A stretch of DNA of 64,000 nucleotides from the NCBI GenBank assembly GCA_963662465.1, contig OY759599.1:7136001-7200000 (forward strand), written 5' to 3'. Under the pieces are notes generated by a model. The model was not told the origin of the DNA. It made no database searches and saw only the letters and a program-made list of their open reading frames with translations. The position numbers were made by a program, and so were the translations under genes. Shown here one piece after another: positions 39,802 through 51,224 of the stretch. Positions within the stretch are counted from its first letter, which is position 1. Every line of letters begins with the position of its first letter. The DNA is from Desulfatiglandales bacterium (GTDB lineage: Bacteria; Desulfobacterota; DSM-4660; Desulfatiglandales; Desulfatiglandaceae).

Positions 39802-40737
39802 TCATTCTACATCTTCAGGCCTGGGATAAAGTCCGCTTCGCTCCACGATTTCCGGGACTTTTTCTTCCCATTCAATGGCCATGATGTGAAATCCCCTGAC
39901 CCCTTCACATTCCTTTAACCGCTCGATGGTTTCAACGCAGATGTTGATTCCCTCTTCCGCCTGTTTCTCCTTGGGGACGCCGGCCATCCGTTTGACCACC
40001 TCGTCGGGTACATCCATTCCCGGAACGCGGTTTTTCATGTATTTGGCCATGCCCGCGGATTTAAAAGGCGTTACCCCAGCCAGAATATGGACTTTCTCGT
40101 GGAGGCCGCGATCACGGGCCTGTTGCATCCAGAGTTCGAACTTTTCCAGGTTGTAGATGCACTGGGTCTGAATGAACTCAACGCCGGCGGCTATTTTTTT
40201 GGCCAGGCGGGGCGTACGGATTTCAAAGGGATCCGCAAAGGGGTTGGCCGCTGCGCCCACAAACATCCGGGGGGGGCGCTTGATATCATCGCCGCCCAGG
40301 AATTTGCCTTCGTCCCGCATGTGTCTCACCGTTTGGATCAGCTGCATGGAATCGATATCAAAGACATTTTGTCCCTGGGCCGAGTCACCGAATTGCTGAT
40401 GGTCCCCTGATAAGCACAGCATATTGTGGATATCAAAGGATGCGGCGCCCAGAATATCGCTTTGAAGGGCGATTCTGTTTCGATCTCTGGTCACCATCTG
40501 CAGGATCGGTTCCAGCCCCATCAGTTTCAAGTGAATGCAGGCGGCCAGACTGCACAGACGGGTGACGCTGGTCTGGTTGTCGGTGATGTTGATGGCATCC
40601 ACGTGATGCTTGATCATCTCCGCCTTTTGGGTGATGGCCTCCGGGTCGCTGCCTCTTGGGGGCCCGCATTCCGATGTGACGGCCGGAAGTCTTTCGCTCA
40701 GAATCTTTTCCAGTTTACTGGGGGTTTTTGTCTTCAT
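39802..40737 (-). CDS. metF: Methylenetetrahydrofolate reductase, MetF subunit
   Basis: SECGPPRG, NITDNQ, RDRNRIALQSD, SGDH, FIQTQ. Confidence 0.93.
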   Translation of the reverse strand: MKTKTPSKLEKILSERLPAVTSECGPPRGSDPEAITQKAEMIKHHVDAINITDNQTSVTRLCSLAACIHLKLMGLEPILQMVTRDRNRIALQSDILGAASFDIHNMLCLSGDHQQFGDSAQGQNVFDIDSMQLIQTVRHMRDEGKFLGGDDIKRPPRMFVGAAANPFADPFEIRTPRLAKKIAAGVEFIQTQCIYNLEKFELWMQQARDRGLHEKVHILAGVTPFKSAGMAKYMKNRVPGMDVPDEVVKRMAGVPKEKQAEEGINICVETIERLKECEGVRGFHIMAIEWEEKVPEIVERSGLYPRPEDVE

Positions 40738-41402
40738 TGCATTAAGTCCTCCCTCACCACTTTTCTGGGGCCGCCGGCCCGCTCCGTGGACCAGTCCTTG
40801 ATGGGTATGAGGATTTCATAGTCGTTCAGCCTGCCCAGTTTTGTTAACCGTTCCACGATGAGCTGCCAGCCGCAAACAAGATTTTTATCGATTTCGCAAT
40901 GGCCTTTGGTGGAACCGCCGCAGGGCCCGTTGAAAAGCCGTTTGGCGCAGCGGGAAACCGGGCAGATGCCCCCGGTCTTGGCCAGCATGCAGTGACCGCA
41001 ACCCTGGCAGCGCTCGGACCAAACGCCCCTTTCTTCCGTGACGCCCATGAAACAGGTGTCGACGCCCGGAAGGATCGGGGTACTCATGTATTTTTCCGCC
41101 ATGAACTGAACCCCAACCCCGCAGGCAAGGGATACCACCGCATCGTAACGGTCGATGCTGTTTCGCAATTCTTCCAGGTATTCATGGTCGCACTGTCGTT
41201 CCAGGGTGGTCTCGTCGATTTTTACGTCCTTTCTCTCGTTCATGAAGTGCATCCGCAGGGCTGAGGCCAGAACCGCCACTTCCTTTTTACCGCCCGCTTC
41301 ACATACTGTGACGCATTCGTTGCATCCGACTATGAGTATCTTTCCATACCCCTGCGTTTCCTCAATGATTTCCTCTATGGGCTTTCTTTTGGCCACAATC
41401 AT
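40734..41402 (-). CDS. metV: MetV (Fe-S/Zn MTHFR partner subunit)
   Basis: GCNECVTVC, RQCD, ACGVG, CQGCGHC..TGGICPVSRCAKRLFNGPCGG. Confidence 0.92.
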   Translation of the reverse strand: MIVAKRKPIEEIIEETQGYGKILIVGCNECVTVCEAGGKKEVAVLASALRMHFMNERKDVKIDETTLERQCDHEYLEELRNSIDRYDAVVSLACGVGVQFMAEKYMSTPILPGVDTCFMGVTEERGVWSERCQGCGHCMLAKTGGICPVSRCAKRLFNGPCGGSTKGHCEIDKNLVCGWQLIVERLTKLGRLNDYEILIPIKDWSTERAGGPRKVVREDLMQ

Positions 41403-41440
41403 AATGACATTTCCTCCTGTGGGTTATGAAATCACTTCGC

Positions 41441-41872
41441 TCATGCCGCCATGCGTTTAATGGCTGTTTTTATGGGGTTGGGACCCATTTTCTTAATCTT
41501 TTCCGTCATTTCAGTGATGACCTTGACGAACTGAGGCGCTTCACTGGAACTCAGGTTGAACATTTGCACCCGTCCTCCGTCCATTTGGATGCTGTCAAGA
41601 ATTCGCTGTGCTTCCGTCACCCGTTTTCGAGCGCGGATGTTGCCGTTGGTAAACTGGCAGGCCCCTTCCAGGCAGCCCACCACGCAAACCCCATCCGCCC
41701 CTTTTTCAATGGAACGCAGCAGATGGATCAGATCCACTCTTCCGGTGCAGGGCAGTTTGATGATCCTGACGTTACTGGGATATTGAAGTCGCATGGAACC
41801 TGCCAGGTCCGCGGCGGTATAGCCTCAAAACTGGCAGCAAAAGGCAATGATAGTCGGTTCGAATCTGTCCAT
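41441..41872 (-). CDS. mvhD: MvhD/FlpD [2Fe-2S] subunit, probable selenoprotein (UGA at 41825-41827)
   Basis: [15 protein letters not shown][UGA]GYTAADLAG...PCTGRVD...GCLEGAC; TAATG overlap with hdrA; hairpin GACCT-GGC-AGGTT after the UGA. Confidence 0.93.
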
Positions 41873-44800
41873 TACAGTGCTCCTTCCAGTAAAGCTTCCA
41901 CTTTGCTCATGACTTGATCATCTTCATACCAGTTTAATTGAATGACTTTGGCTGGGCACTCGGAGGCGCAGACCCCGCAGCCCCGGCACAGGGCCGGATC
42001 AATTTCGCTGACCCCGTCCTGGTTGATTCTGGGCACCCCATAGGGGCAGGACCGAACGCAAACCAGACAAGCAGCGCATTTTTCTTGATCCACCGTGGCT
42101 GTAACCACGGAAAGGGTGATGTTATCCTGGGCCAGGAAGGTGACGGCCCTTGCCGCCGCCGCCATGGCCTGGCTGATGGATTCGGATATCAGTTTCGGGC
42201 TGTGGGCCGTGCCGCATACAAAAAAGGCGTCGTTTTGCATATCCACCGGACGCAGTTTCACATGGGCTTCCATGAAATAACCGTACTGGTCCTGCGTCAC
42301 CCTGAGGATGGATGACAGTTCTTCGTTTTCTTCAGCGCGCATGCCCGTACTGAGTGCGACGATGTCTGCTTTAGCCTGGATTTCCCGTTGCAGCACATGG
42401 TCTTTAAAGCGCACCATCAGACCGCTTTCGGTGTTTTTCACCTCAGGCGGATGATCCCGGTCAAAGCTGAAAAAGAGGACTCCCAAACGCCTGGCTTCAC
42501 GGTAGTATTTTTCCATAAGTCCGTAGGTTCGGATATCCCGGTAGAGAATATACACGTCCGTTTCCGGGTTTTGCCGTTTGATCTGAAGGGCGTTTTTAAT
42601 GGCGCTCTGGCAGCAGATACGGGAACAATTCGGGTTCTCCTCGTTTCTGGAACCCACGCATTGAATCATGATCACCCGTTCCAGATTTTCGGCGCCTCTC
42701 TCATACAGCCGCCGGTCCAGTTCGATCTGGGTGATGACTCGGTCGTTTTGGCCGTATAGAAACTCGGTGGGTTTGTATTCCCGAGCGCCCGTGGCCAGAA
42801 TGACCGCCCCATGGTCGATTTTCCGTTCATACATTCCCGGGCCTACCATCACTTCCGTGGTGAAATTCCCTTTGAAACCGTTGAAATCAACAATGAGAGT
42901 CTCGGTTAACACCTGAATCTTTTCGTGTCGTTCCACCATGGAAATGACGTCGGACAGGTGGGCCTGAATGTTGCCCCCTTCGATGGTGTCCGTGAGTTCT
43001 TTGGCAAGTCCTCCCAGTTGAGGGCTTTTCTCGATGAGTACCACTTCAAACCCCTGGTTCGCCACTCCCAGGGCTGCGGTCATACCGGCGATGCCGCCGC
43101 CGATCACCAGTGCCCGTTTGTTAACGGTGATGGTTTTGGCCCTGAGGGGTTCCAGCAGGGAAGCCCTGGCTACGGCCATGCGAACCAAATCCTTGGCTTT
43201 GTTGGTGGCGGCCTCGGGGTCGTCCCGGTGAACCCAGGAATCGTGATTGCGGATATTGGCCATCTCAAAGAGATATTTGTTGAGGCCGCTTTCCTGAAGG
43301 CTGTCTTGAAAGAGCGCTTCATGGGTGGTCGGCGAGCAGGCGGCCACCACCACGCGGTTGATGTTGTTTTCCTGGATGACCCGCTTGATCTTTTCCTGGG
43401 TGTCCTGGGAGCAGGTGAACAGGTTCTGGTCCGTCAGGACCACATTGGGTAGCGATGCTGCATATTCGGCTACCGCCGGGACGTCCACAACTCCCCCGAT
43501 GTTGATGCCGCAGTTGCAGACAAATACGCCGATCCTGGGCGTCAGGTCCTCCACGTCCATTTCATCGGGAATGATTTTGGTGCGAACTTCGGTTCCCCGG
43601 GTTTCGCTCAAGATCATGCTTGAGGCGCAAGCCGCGGCACTCGCTTCAACCACCGATTGGGGGATATCCTTGGGCCCTTGAAAAGCGCCGCATACATATA
43701 CCCCTTCAATGGACCCGTTGACCGGATGAAACGGTTCCGTGGCGCAGAAATTATCTTCGTTGATATCCAGTCCGATGTCTTCGGCGAGCTGTACCACCTT
43801 TGGGCTTATTTCCATACCCACGGAGAGCACCACCAGGTCAAAGGTTTCCTCAATTAATTCACCGTTTTCCGTAACGTATTTCAGGGTCAGCGAATCATTA
43901 TCAACTTGCGGGTCGATGGTGTGTATCCGACTCCTGATGAAGCGAACCCCGTGTTTGTCGCGGGCATTGTTGTAATAGACCTCAAAATCCTTTCCATGGG
44001 TGCGCATGTCCATGAAGAAGATGGCGCAGTCCAGGTCGTTTCCCGCATGTTCCTTGGCAATGACCGCTTCCTTGATGGCGTACATGCAGCACACGTTGGA
44101 ACAGTACGAGTGGTCGCATTGATTGATGTCCCGAGACCCCACGCATTGAATCCATGCGATTTTCTTGGGTTCCTTGTGGTCCGAAATTCTTACCAAATGG
44201 CCCATGGTGGGGCCGGAAGCAGAGAGAATGCGCTCAAATTCCATGGCGGTGATCACATTGGGATGATCCGTATAATGATAGGTGTCAAACCGTGATGGAT
44301 CAAAGGGTTGAAACCCCGGCGCCAGAATAATGGACCCGGTGTGGAGTTCCAGGGTTTCGGGTTTTTCCCCATGGGTGATTAGCGTTACGGCCTCTGCTTT
44401 GCAGGCTTCCACGCACTGGTAGCATTCGCAACAGTAGCCGCAGTTTAAACATCGCTTTGCTTCCTGCTGACCTTGCTGTTCCCCATAGCCCAGCTCCACC
44501 TCCCTGAAGTTTCCGGCTCGGTCCGGCACGGGGAGTTCAGGCATGGTTTCCCTCCGTGCTGCAGGCATAAGCGCGGGGATCGGACGATATTCGGGCATTT
44601 CCGGCAGCAGGGGTTCCCGACCTTCGGCCATGTCCGCACCGTTCAGAAAACGTTCGATGGAGCAGGCCGCTTCCCGTCCCGCCGCAATGGCCATAATGGC
44701 CTGGGCCGGTCCGGTCTGAAGGTCCCCTCCCGCAAAGACGCCTTCCCGTTCGGTGGCAAAGGTCAAGGGATCTGTTTCAGCGGTTCCCCGGGATGAAAAG

Positions 44801-46323
44801 CCTAAATCTCTCACATGTTCCAGGGCGGAAAGATCCGGTCTCTGGCCGATCGCGGAGATGAGCTGATCAATTTCCAGGTCATATTCGCTGCCCTGGATGG
44901 GTACGGGTCTTCTTCTCCCGGATTTATCGGGTTCTCCCAATTCCATCCGCAGACACCGCAGTCCCGCCACTTTGCCTTCCTGTACCAGGACTTCTTGAGG
45001 CGCCGCCAGATAGGCGATCTGAACGCCTTCCGCTTCCGCCGCCTCTATCTCCTCTTCCCAGGCGGGCATTTCGGCGCGTGTTCTTCGATATATGATATGG
45101 ACCGCTTCGGCGCCCAGGCGGATGGCAGCGCGAGAAACGTCGATGGCCACGTTGCCGCCGCCGATGATGGCGACCCGTTTACCAACGCTGGTTTTTCCAT
45201 CCAGGTTCAGTTCGCGCAGAAAATCCACGCCCTGCCGAGCGCCTTTGGCATCCTCTCCGGGAATGCCCAATTCAATTCCTTTGTGGGCGCCGATGGCCAG
45301 ATAGACGGCCTTATAGCCCTGGTTGAACAGGTCATCCACGGAATAATCCACGCCCAGGCGCATGTTGGTTTTGATTTTTTGACCCAGGTTGGTAATGATT
45401 TCAATCTCCCTGTCCAGGATATCCTGGGGCAGTCGGTGATCGGGAATGCCCACTCGCAGCATGCCGCCGGGTTTGGAGAGCGCCTCAAAAATGGTACACG
45501 AAATTCCTTTTCGCGCCAGATGATAGGCCGCGGAAAGTCCCGCCGGTCCGGAACCGATGATGGCCACCTTTTCTTCCCTTAAAGGCAGGCAATCGATCTT
45601 GATATTTCTGGGATCAAACTGATCGGCTGCCAGGCGTTTCAGGTTCCGAATGGCCACGGGGTCATCGGCTTCACATCTCCGGCAGGCTTCTTCGCAAGCA
45701 TGGGGACAGATGCGGCCCAACACGCCGGGAAGGGGCAGATCATCCATGATGATGTTCAGGGCCGCCTCATATTTTCCCATGCCTACCATCTGGACGTAGC
45801 CTTGAACGTTTAATCCCGCTGGACAGGCCAGGCGGCATGGGGCTTTGTCCGCTTTATGAACGGCAAAGGCGCTGGGGATGGCCTGTGCGTATTTCTTGAA
45901 AATGGCATGTTTCTGGCTTAATCCCTGATCATATTCATTGGGTAGCGCTACGGGGCACACTTCGGCGCAATCACCGCAGGCTGTGCATTTGGATGCGTCA
46001 ATAAATCGCGGTGTTTTTTGAACTGTGACCCTGAAATTTCCCGCAGCGCCTTCTACTTTTTTCACCTCGGCGGAGGTGATCAAATCGATGTTGAGATGCC
46101 GGCCGACCTCGACCAGTTTTGGTGAGATAATTCACATGGCGCAGTCATTGGTGGGGAATGTTTTGTCCAGCTCGGACATGACCCCGCCAATGGCTGAAGA
46201 CGCTTCAATGAGCTGAACATGATAGCCCGAATTGGCCAGGTCCAGAGCCGACTGCATGCCGGCGATGCCGCCGCCGACGACCATGATCGATCCTGATTTT
46301 TGTTGAGACTCGGTTTTCGACAT
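41872..46323 (-). CDS. hdrA: Large HdrA/HdrL-type flavoprotein (1483 aa) with an inserted GltD-like NAD(P)H module, probable selenoprotein (UGA at 46132-46134)
   Basis: ORFs 46132-46323 and 41872-46083 are in frame: [12 protein letters not shown][UGA][12 protein letters not shown]; two QCVGSR/CSxxCC modules; hairpin CTGGTCG-AGGT-CGGCCGG after the UGA. Confidence 0.93.
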
Positions 46324-46345
46324 GATTTAGGGTTCCTTTCCGCTC

Positions 46346-47221
46346 TTAAAGCTGTGCCTCGTCCAAGATTAGGGGGAGCTTGCTTTCCCAACCCACGGTG
46401 GAAATCAAAACGCCGGCCATTCCCATTGCTTTGACCCGTTTCAGGGTGTCGCCGGCGATGCGGATGCACTCTTTGATTTTATCCGGGGCTTTCTGTATCC
46501 CTCGGGTGATGTCGGGAGGGATGGAAATCCCCCTGACATTGCGGTCAATGTAGCGCGCCATGCCGGCCGATTTGAGCAGCAGGATGGTGGGCAGTACGGC
46601 AATTTTTGAGGTGTCCACCCGCTTGATAAACTGCTCAAAACGCCGCAGGTCAAAAACAGGATTGGTAATGACGTAATTCACGCCCATTGCGATCATTTTT
46701 TCAAGATTTTCCATTTCCACGTCCAGCAGATTCCCCGCGGCGCCGGCATTAACGGTGGAACCGATGCAGAAAGAAGGGGCGCCCTTAAGTTCAACCCCTG
46801 CCAGATCTTTTCCCTTTTGGAGGGTTTGTACCATCTGAATCAATTCCATCAGATCCAGATCATTGACGATTCTTGCCTGGGGGTGGTCGCCGAACCGGGT
46901 TTCCACGCCGCTTACCGCCATGATGTTTCCGACCCCCAAGGCTGCCGCGGATAGGATATCCGCCTGAAGCGCAAGACGATTACGGTCCCGGCAGCAGACT
47001 TGAAGCACCGACTCAATTCCCTCCCTTTCCAGACAGGCGCAACCCCCAAGGGAACTGGCTTTTAATACTGCATTGGCCATTTCCGGCGCCACAATGGCAT
47101 CCACCCTGCCCCTTACAAGGTTGGCGTCCTTGATGAAGGGATCGAAATCAGCGCCTTTGGGGGGTTCGAATTCTCCCAGAACAATAAATTTTCCAGTTTC
47201 AAATTTTTCCTTTAACGGCAT
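46346..47221 (-). CDS. Second, divergent MetF-like protein
   Basis: EFEPPKG, CRDRNRLALQADIL, FGDHP; lacks the canonical NITD and TQ motifs (has VAPE and TN). Confidence 0.8.
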   Translation of the reverse strand: MPLKEKFETGKFIVLGEFEPPKGADFDPFIKDANLVRGRVDAIVAPEMANAVLKASSLGGCACLEREGIESVLQVCCRDRNRLALQADILSAAALGVGNIMAVSGVETRFGDHPQARIVNDLDLMELIQMVQTLQKGKDLAGVELKGAPSFCIGSTVNAGAAGNLLDVEMENLEKMIAMGVNYVITNPVFDLRRFEQFIKRVDTSKIAVLPTILLLKSAGMARYIDRNVRGISIPPDITRGIQKAPDKIKECIRIAGDTLKRVKAMGMAGVLISTVGWESKLPLILDEAQL

Positions 47222-47237
47222 GGTTCGGACCTCCAAG

Positions 47238-47612
47238 TTAATGTGATAACCCGTTGACGGCGTTGGAAATGGCCATTACGAGATCTTCGATTCCAAAGGA
47301 TTTGATATGGTAATAGAAAATCTGATGTTTACGGATTTTACTTTCCAGTTGAGGGGTGTTTTTTTCCGCGCAAACGATGATGGGAAGCTCTTTCTCCATC
47401 CCCTTAATTACAGAGATGAAACCGCAGTCTTCCGCCAGCAGGGAAGCATCCAGCACCAGCGCATCAATTCTGTTTTCCTGCAGGGTTAAAAGCACATCCT
47501 TGAGATTGCCGGCTTTCAACAGTTCATAACCCCGATCCGTTGCAAAAATTTCCAGTGCTTTGGGGGTGCTTCCCGTCTGTTCCGCTATGAGGATGGTTTT
47601 GTTTGCGCCCAT
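47238..47612 (-). CDS. Atypical (pseudo-)receiver domain protein
   Basis: TILIAE, ALVLD, PIIVCA, HIKSF receiver-like pattern with a degenerate acidic pocket. Confidence 0.65.
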   Translation of the reverse strand: MGANKTILIAEQTGSTPKALEIFATDRGYELLKAGNLKDVLLTLQENRIDALVLDASLLAEDCGFISVIKGMEKELPIIVCAEKNTPQLESKIRKHQIFYYHIKSFGIEDLVMAISNAVNGLSH

Positions 47613-47705
47613 TGTGTGTTGGTTGTGCTCCTGTTGGAAGCGGCTGATTGAACCCGATATTCGTATTCCTGGAAGCGGTTGCGTTTTTCCATTTGCCATT
47701 GATAA

Positions 47706-47764
47706 AGCAAATACCATGCCTGTGTTGAATGTGTGGGTATTGTCCAATATAAATCAATGAGTTG
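47706..47764 (-). promoter_or_regulatory. sigma54 -24/-12 promoter plus IHF site for the met/hdr operon
   Basis: Minus strand AGGCATGGTATTTGCT (GG-N10-GC) at 47706-47721; AATCAATGAGTTG at 47752-47764 matches WATCAANNNNTTR. Confidence 0.75.
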
Positions 47765-47939
47765 AAGATAATGAGCGGGTTCAAAGCAATGCAGATCGAT
47801 TTGGGATGTTTTGTAGCGAAAACTGTGGATATGCTAATGTAAGCATTTGATATATATTATAAATAAGCGATTTGGGTAAAAATACCCCAAATGTTGCAAA
47901 ATTACCCATTTGTCTCTGACCGACAGTAAATGATGTCGC

Positions 47940-49517
47940 TCAAGGGGCGATTTTTGCTGACACAGGCTTAAACCGTCTGTAATTCCGGCCAAAAGGGATG
48001 TTGAGCTTCTTCATACGATACTGCAGGGTTCTCGGATGAACCCCCAAAAGCCGTGCGGCCCCGCGTTTTCCCTCCACTCGACCGCCGGTCATATCCAGCA
48101 CCTTTCTGATATGCAATGTAATGGCCCGGTCCAGGTCCAGGGAGCGCTCAGCCATTCGCTCAACGGGTATGTCGATGTTTTCCGGCATGGTTGAAAACAG
48201 AGATGAAAAGGTCAGCGGTTTGCCGCGGTTTATGATGAGTTCCCGTTCCACCGCGTTTTTCAATTCTCGGATATTTCCAGGCCACTGATAACCCATAAGG
48301 CTGTCAATAACACCCGGCGCCAGGGTGGCGATGGATGACAATTTCATCTTTCGGCTCATGACATTGATAAAGTGATCCACGAACCGGGGAATATCTTCCT
48401 TGCGATCCCGCAAGGGCGGAATGGAAATGGGAAACACATTCAGCCGAAAAAAGAGATCTTTTCGAAATTTCCCGTTTGGCAACATGGACTCCAGGGACCT
48501 GTGGGTGGCGGCAATGACCCGAATGTCTATGTTGATCACTTCAGATCCCCCGATCCGTTCAATCACACTGTCCTGAAGGACCCTGAGAAGCTTTTTCTGA
48601 GCTTCCGGAGAGAGTTCTCCAATTTCATCCAAAAACAGGGTGCCGCCGTTGGCTCGCTCAAAACGACCGTACACCTGGGAGAACGCCCCGGTAAACGATC
48701 CTTTTTCATGGCCGAAAAGTTCGCTTTCCACCAGATTGTCCGGAATGGCCGCACAATCCACCTTGATGAGTGGATTGTTTTTTCGTAAAGAGAGCCGGTG
48801 TATGGTATTGGCAATGACCTCTTTGCCCACGCCCGTCTCTCCCAGAAGGAGCACCGGGGTATCGGTGGGCGCCACGTGATGGATCAACTCCAGAACCCCC
48901 TTGAGGCCGAAACCGGCGCCGATCACCTCATTGCCTGTGAGATTGATAAAATCCTCCTGCAGCAGTCGGTAATTTTCGGCCAAACGCTCGCTGAGTTCTT
49001 TCAGCTCCCTTTGCCTCAAAAAGTTGGCACAGGCCATGGCCAGGGGATTGTGGAGCAAAAGCAGCAATCGGGCGTGTTCGTCGCTGAATTTTTCGCCCCG
49101 ACTGCTGGTGGCGGCTACAACCCCCAGGTATTCACCCTCCAGAATGATATCCAGTAAAAGGCCTGACTCTTCCATCGCATTCAAATCCCGGGCCACGAGG
49201 CGCGCCATATCATCATCTTTCAGTCGATCAATGATTTGACAGGCGGGCTTTCCCTCAAGATCTTCTATGAATATGCGGAACTGCTCTCGAATTGGGGCGG
49301 GTAACCGGGTTTTAACGGCAGTGGGTTTACCTCCTCTAAAGGTGGCTATGGCCACGGTTTCAATAAATCCGAGTCCGGGATCAAATAAAAGCAACGTCAT
49401 GGCGTCGGCGGGAATATCCGATTGAATGTACCGCAGGCACCTCCAGATGGCTGTTTCAATGTTGGGACTGCTGCAGATTTTAAACCGGTCCTCATAACAG
49501 GGACTGTCTGTTTCCAA
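47940..49517 (-). CDS. sigma54-dependent activator (GAF-AAA+-HTH, FhlA/NifA-like)
   Basis: GETGVGKE, ESELFGHEKGSFTGA, LFLDEIGE, WPGNIREL, C-terminal HTH. Confidence 0.93.
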   Translation of the reverse strand: METDSPCYEDRFKICSSPNIETAIWRCLRYIQSDIPADAMTLLLFDPGLGFIETVAIATFRGGKPTAVKTRLPAPIREQFRIFIEDLEGKPACQIIDRLKDDDMARLVARDLNAMEESGLLLDIILEGEYLGVVAATSSRGEKFSDEHARLLLLLHNPLAMACANFLRQRELKELSERLAENYRLLQEDFINLTGNEVIGAGFGLKGVLELIHHVAPTDTPVLLLGETGVGKEVIANTIHRLSLRKNNPLIKVDCAAIPDNLVESELFGHEKGSFTGAFSQVYGRFERANGGTLFLDEIGELSPEAQKKLLRVLQDSVIERIGGSEVINIDIRVIAATHRSLESMLPNGKFRKDLFFRLNVFPISIPPLRDRKEDIPRFVDHFINVMSRKMKLSSIATLAPGVIDSLMGYQWPGNIRELKNAVERELIINRGKPLTFSSLFSTMPENIDIPVERMAERSLDLDRAITLHIRKVLDMTGGRVEGKRGAARLLGVHPRTLQYRMKKLNIPFGRNYRRFKPVSAKIAP

Positions 49518-49730
49518 GAGGCCTCCTTGTTTTGTCGGAAAAAGTATCTCTCATATCTCGGTGTATATCTGTAAACCGATAAATGCGAGAGTGAATTCCG
49601 CTAAATATGAGAGAAATACCGCTTTATTTCAAGTAAAAAATTGGATTTTTTTATAAACAATTGAAAATACAGCATAAAAAATCTAATCAAAATCCGGCAC
49701 GGTGTTTGCCGAGAAGCAAACCAAAGTCCG
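49518..49730 (+). repeat. sigma54 enhancer/promoter cassette, copy 1
   Basis: CTCTCATAT plus two AAAT[AG][TC]GAGAG boxes 22 bp apart; CGGCACGGTGTTTGC (GG 49696, GC 49708). Confidence 0.85.
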
Positions 49731-49798
49731 TTTCAAAACAGATGACGGGTCAAATTTATAGCCCCTAAATCAGGAGAGGGAAATGAGATTCGACATGT

Positions 49799-49990
49799 AG
49801 GCCGCTTTGTTTTACGGGAAAAAAACCTCTCATATTTTAGAGTATATTCGCAAACCACTAAATATGAGAGCGAATTCCGATAAATACGAGAGAAATATCG
49901 ATTTATTTCAATTAAGTAATGGAATGATTGTTGTAACTATCTGAAAAAATACACAAAAAATTTGATCAGAATGTGGCATATTTTTTGCTT
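49799..49990 (+). repeat. sigma54 enhancer/promoter cassette, copy 2
   Basis: Same boxes (49860, 49882); TGGCATATTTTTTGC (GG 49975, GC 49987); upstream of the rhodanese. Confidence 0.85.
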
Positions 49991-50150
49991 GGAATAATGA
50001 GTATTTCAGCAGTCTTTAGAGTGATGGGGGGTGATAAAATACTGATTTTGTAGCTGAGGGAAAAGATAAAAACGCCTTGTTAACCAGGCAAAACGGTACC
50101 AACTGTGATTTTTTTTCACAAAAAAATCTAAAACGGAAAGGAGTTCATTG

Positions 50151-50927
50151 ATGTATAGAAAAATCTCAATCCTGATTTTATCCCTGTTGTTTACTATCGC
50201 ATTTTCAACATTTACGCTTGCGGCCAAGGTTCCTGCCCCTTTAAAGGGGGGGGATGGTTTTAAAGCAGTGAGTCTGAAAGAAGCAAAGCAACTTCACCAA
50301 GATGGCGCAACTATGATTGCATGTCACAGTCACACGACTGATTTCATGAAAGGTCATCCTTCCGGCACCATACACATAACCTGTTTGGTTCCAAAAGACC
50401 ACAAACGCATGGATTTGCCCTTATGTGATGTTGACTTTGACGTATTACAGCTTCCGAAAGATAAAAACACACCCATTGTTACCTATTGCGCGTCGAGTAC
50501 ATGATGGAAATCCTATCACGCCGCCAGGTTGGCGGTTGAAAATGGCTACAAAAATGTCTACTGGATGAGAGACGGCATTCAAGGTTGGAAAAAAGCGGAT
50601 TACAAAACGGTAGGGGATCAAGAACTTCTGAATGCACTCATTGCGGTAAACAAGAATAATTTTGCTGAAATTATTATTACTGAAACGGATGCACGGAAGT
50701 TAAAAAATTGCACGTTCGTTGATTTTCGGGATGAAGAAAAATATAAAAAAGGTCATGTTGCATCAGCGAATCGTGTTGATTACGCCAACATGTTCTCAAA
50801 ACCAATGATGGAGGAGTTAAATAAGAGCAACAACCTCATCATTGTTCACGATGTTCCGGCGGTGGCGGGTGTCATTGCGGCCACGTTGAAGCTTATGGAC
50901 TATCCGAATGTTTATATCCTGAAATAG
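50151..50927 (+). CDS. Secreted tandem-rhodanese protein, probable selenoprotein (UGA at 50502-50504)
   Basis: ORFs 50148-50504 and 50529-50927 are in frame: IVTYCASST[UGA]WKSYHAARLAVENGYKNVYWMRDGIQGW; hairpin CCGCCA-GGT-TGGCGG after the UGA; signal peptide. Confidence 0.9.
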
Positions 50928-51224
50928 ATATGTTTCGATGAAATGGGGTCAGTTCTACCATTGCCTTTTGACCCCATTTCACAATACTCAACAGGTTTTT
51001 TTAACTGAGCGCTCCGATGAACCTTGTCATAATCAAGTAATCCTATCATCCTTTTTAATCATGGTTCAAGACGATGCCGGCAACGCCGAATTGCAAGGGA
51101 ACGAGCGCTTCCTAATAGGTTACCGGTACTGCAAAGACAATGGCTTCTATCCTCCAACTCGCCAGGGAACATTCTTACGAATACGGAACTTAAGCATTGA
51201 AGTAAACAGCTGCGGCTTCCATGA

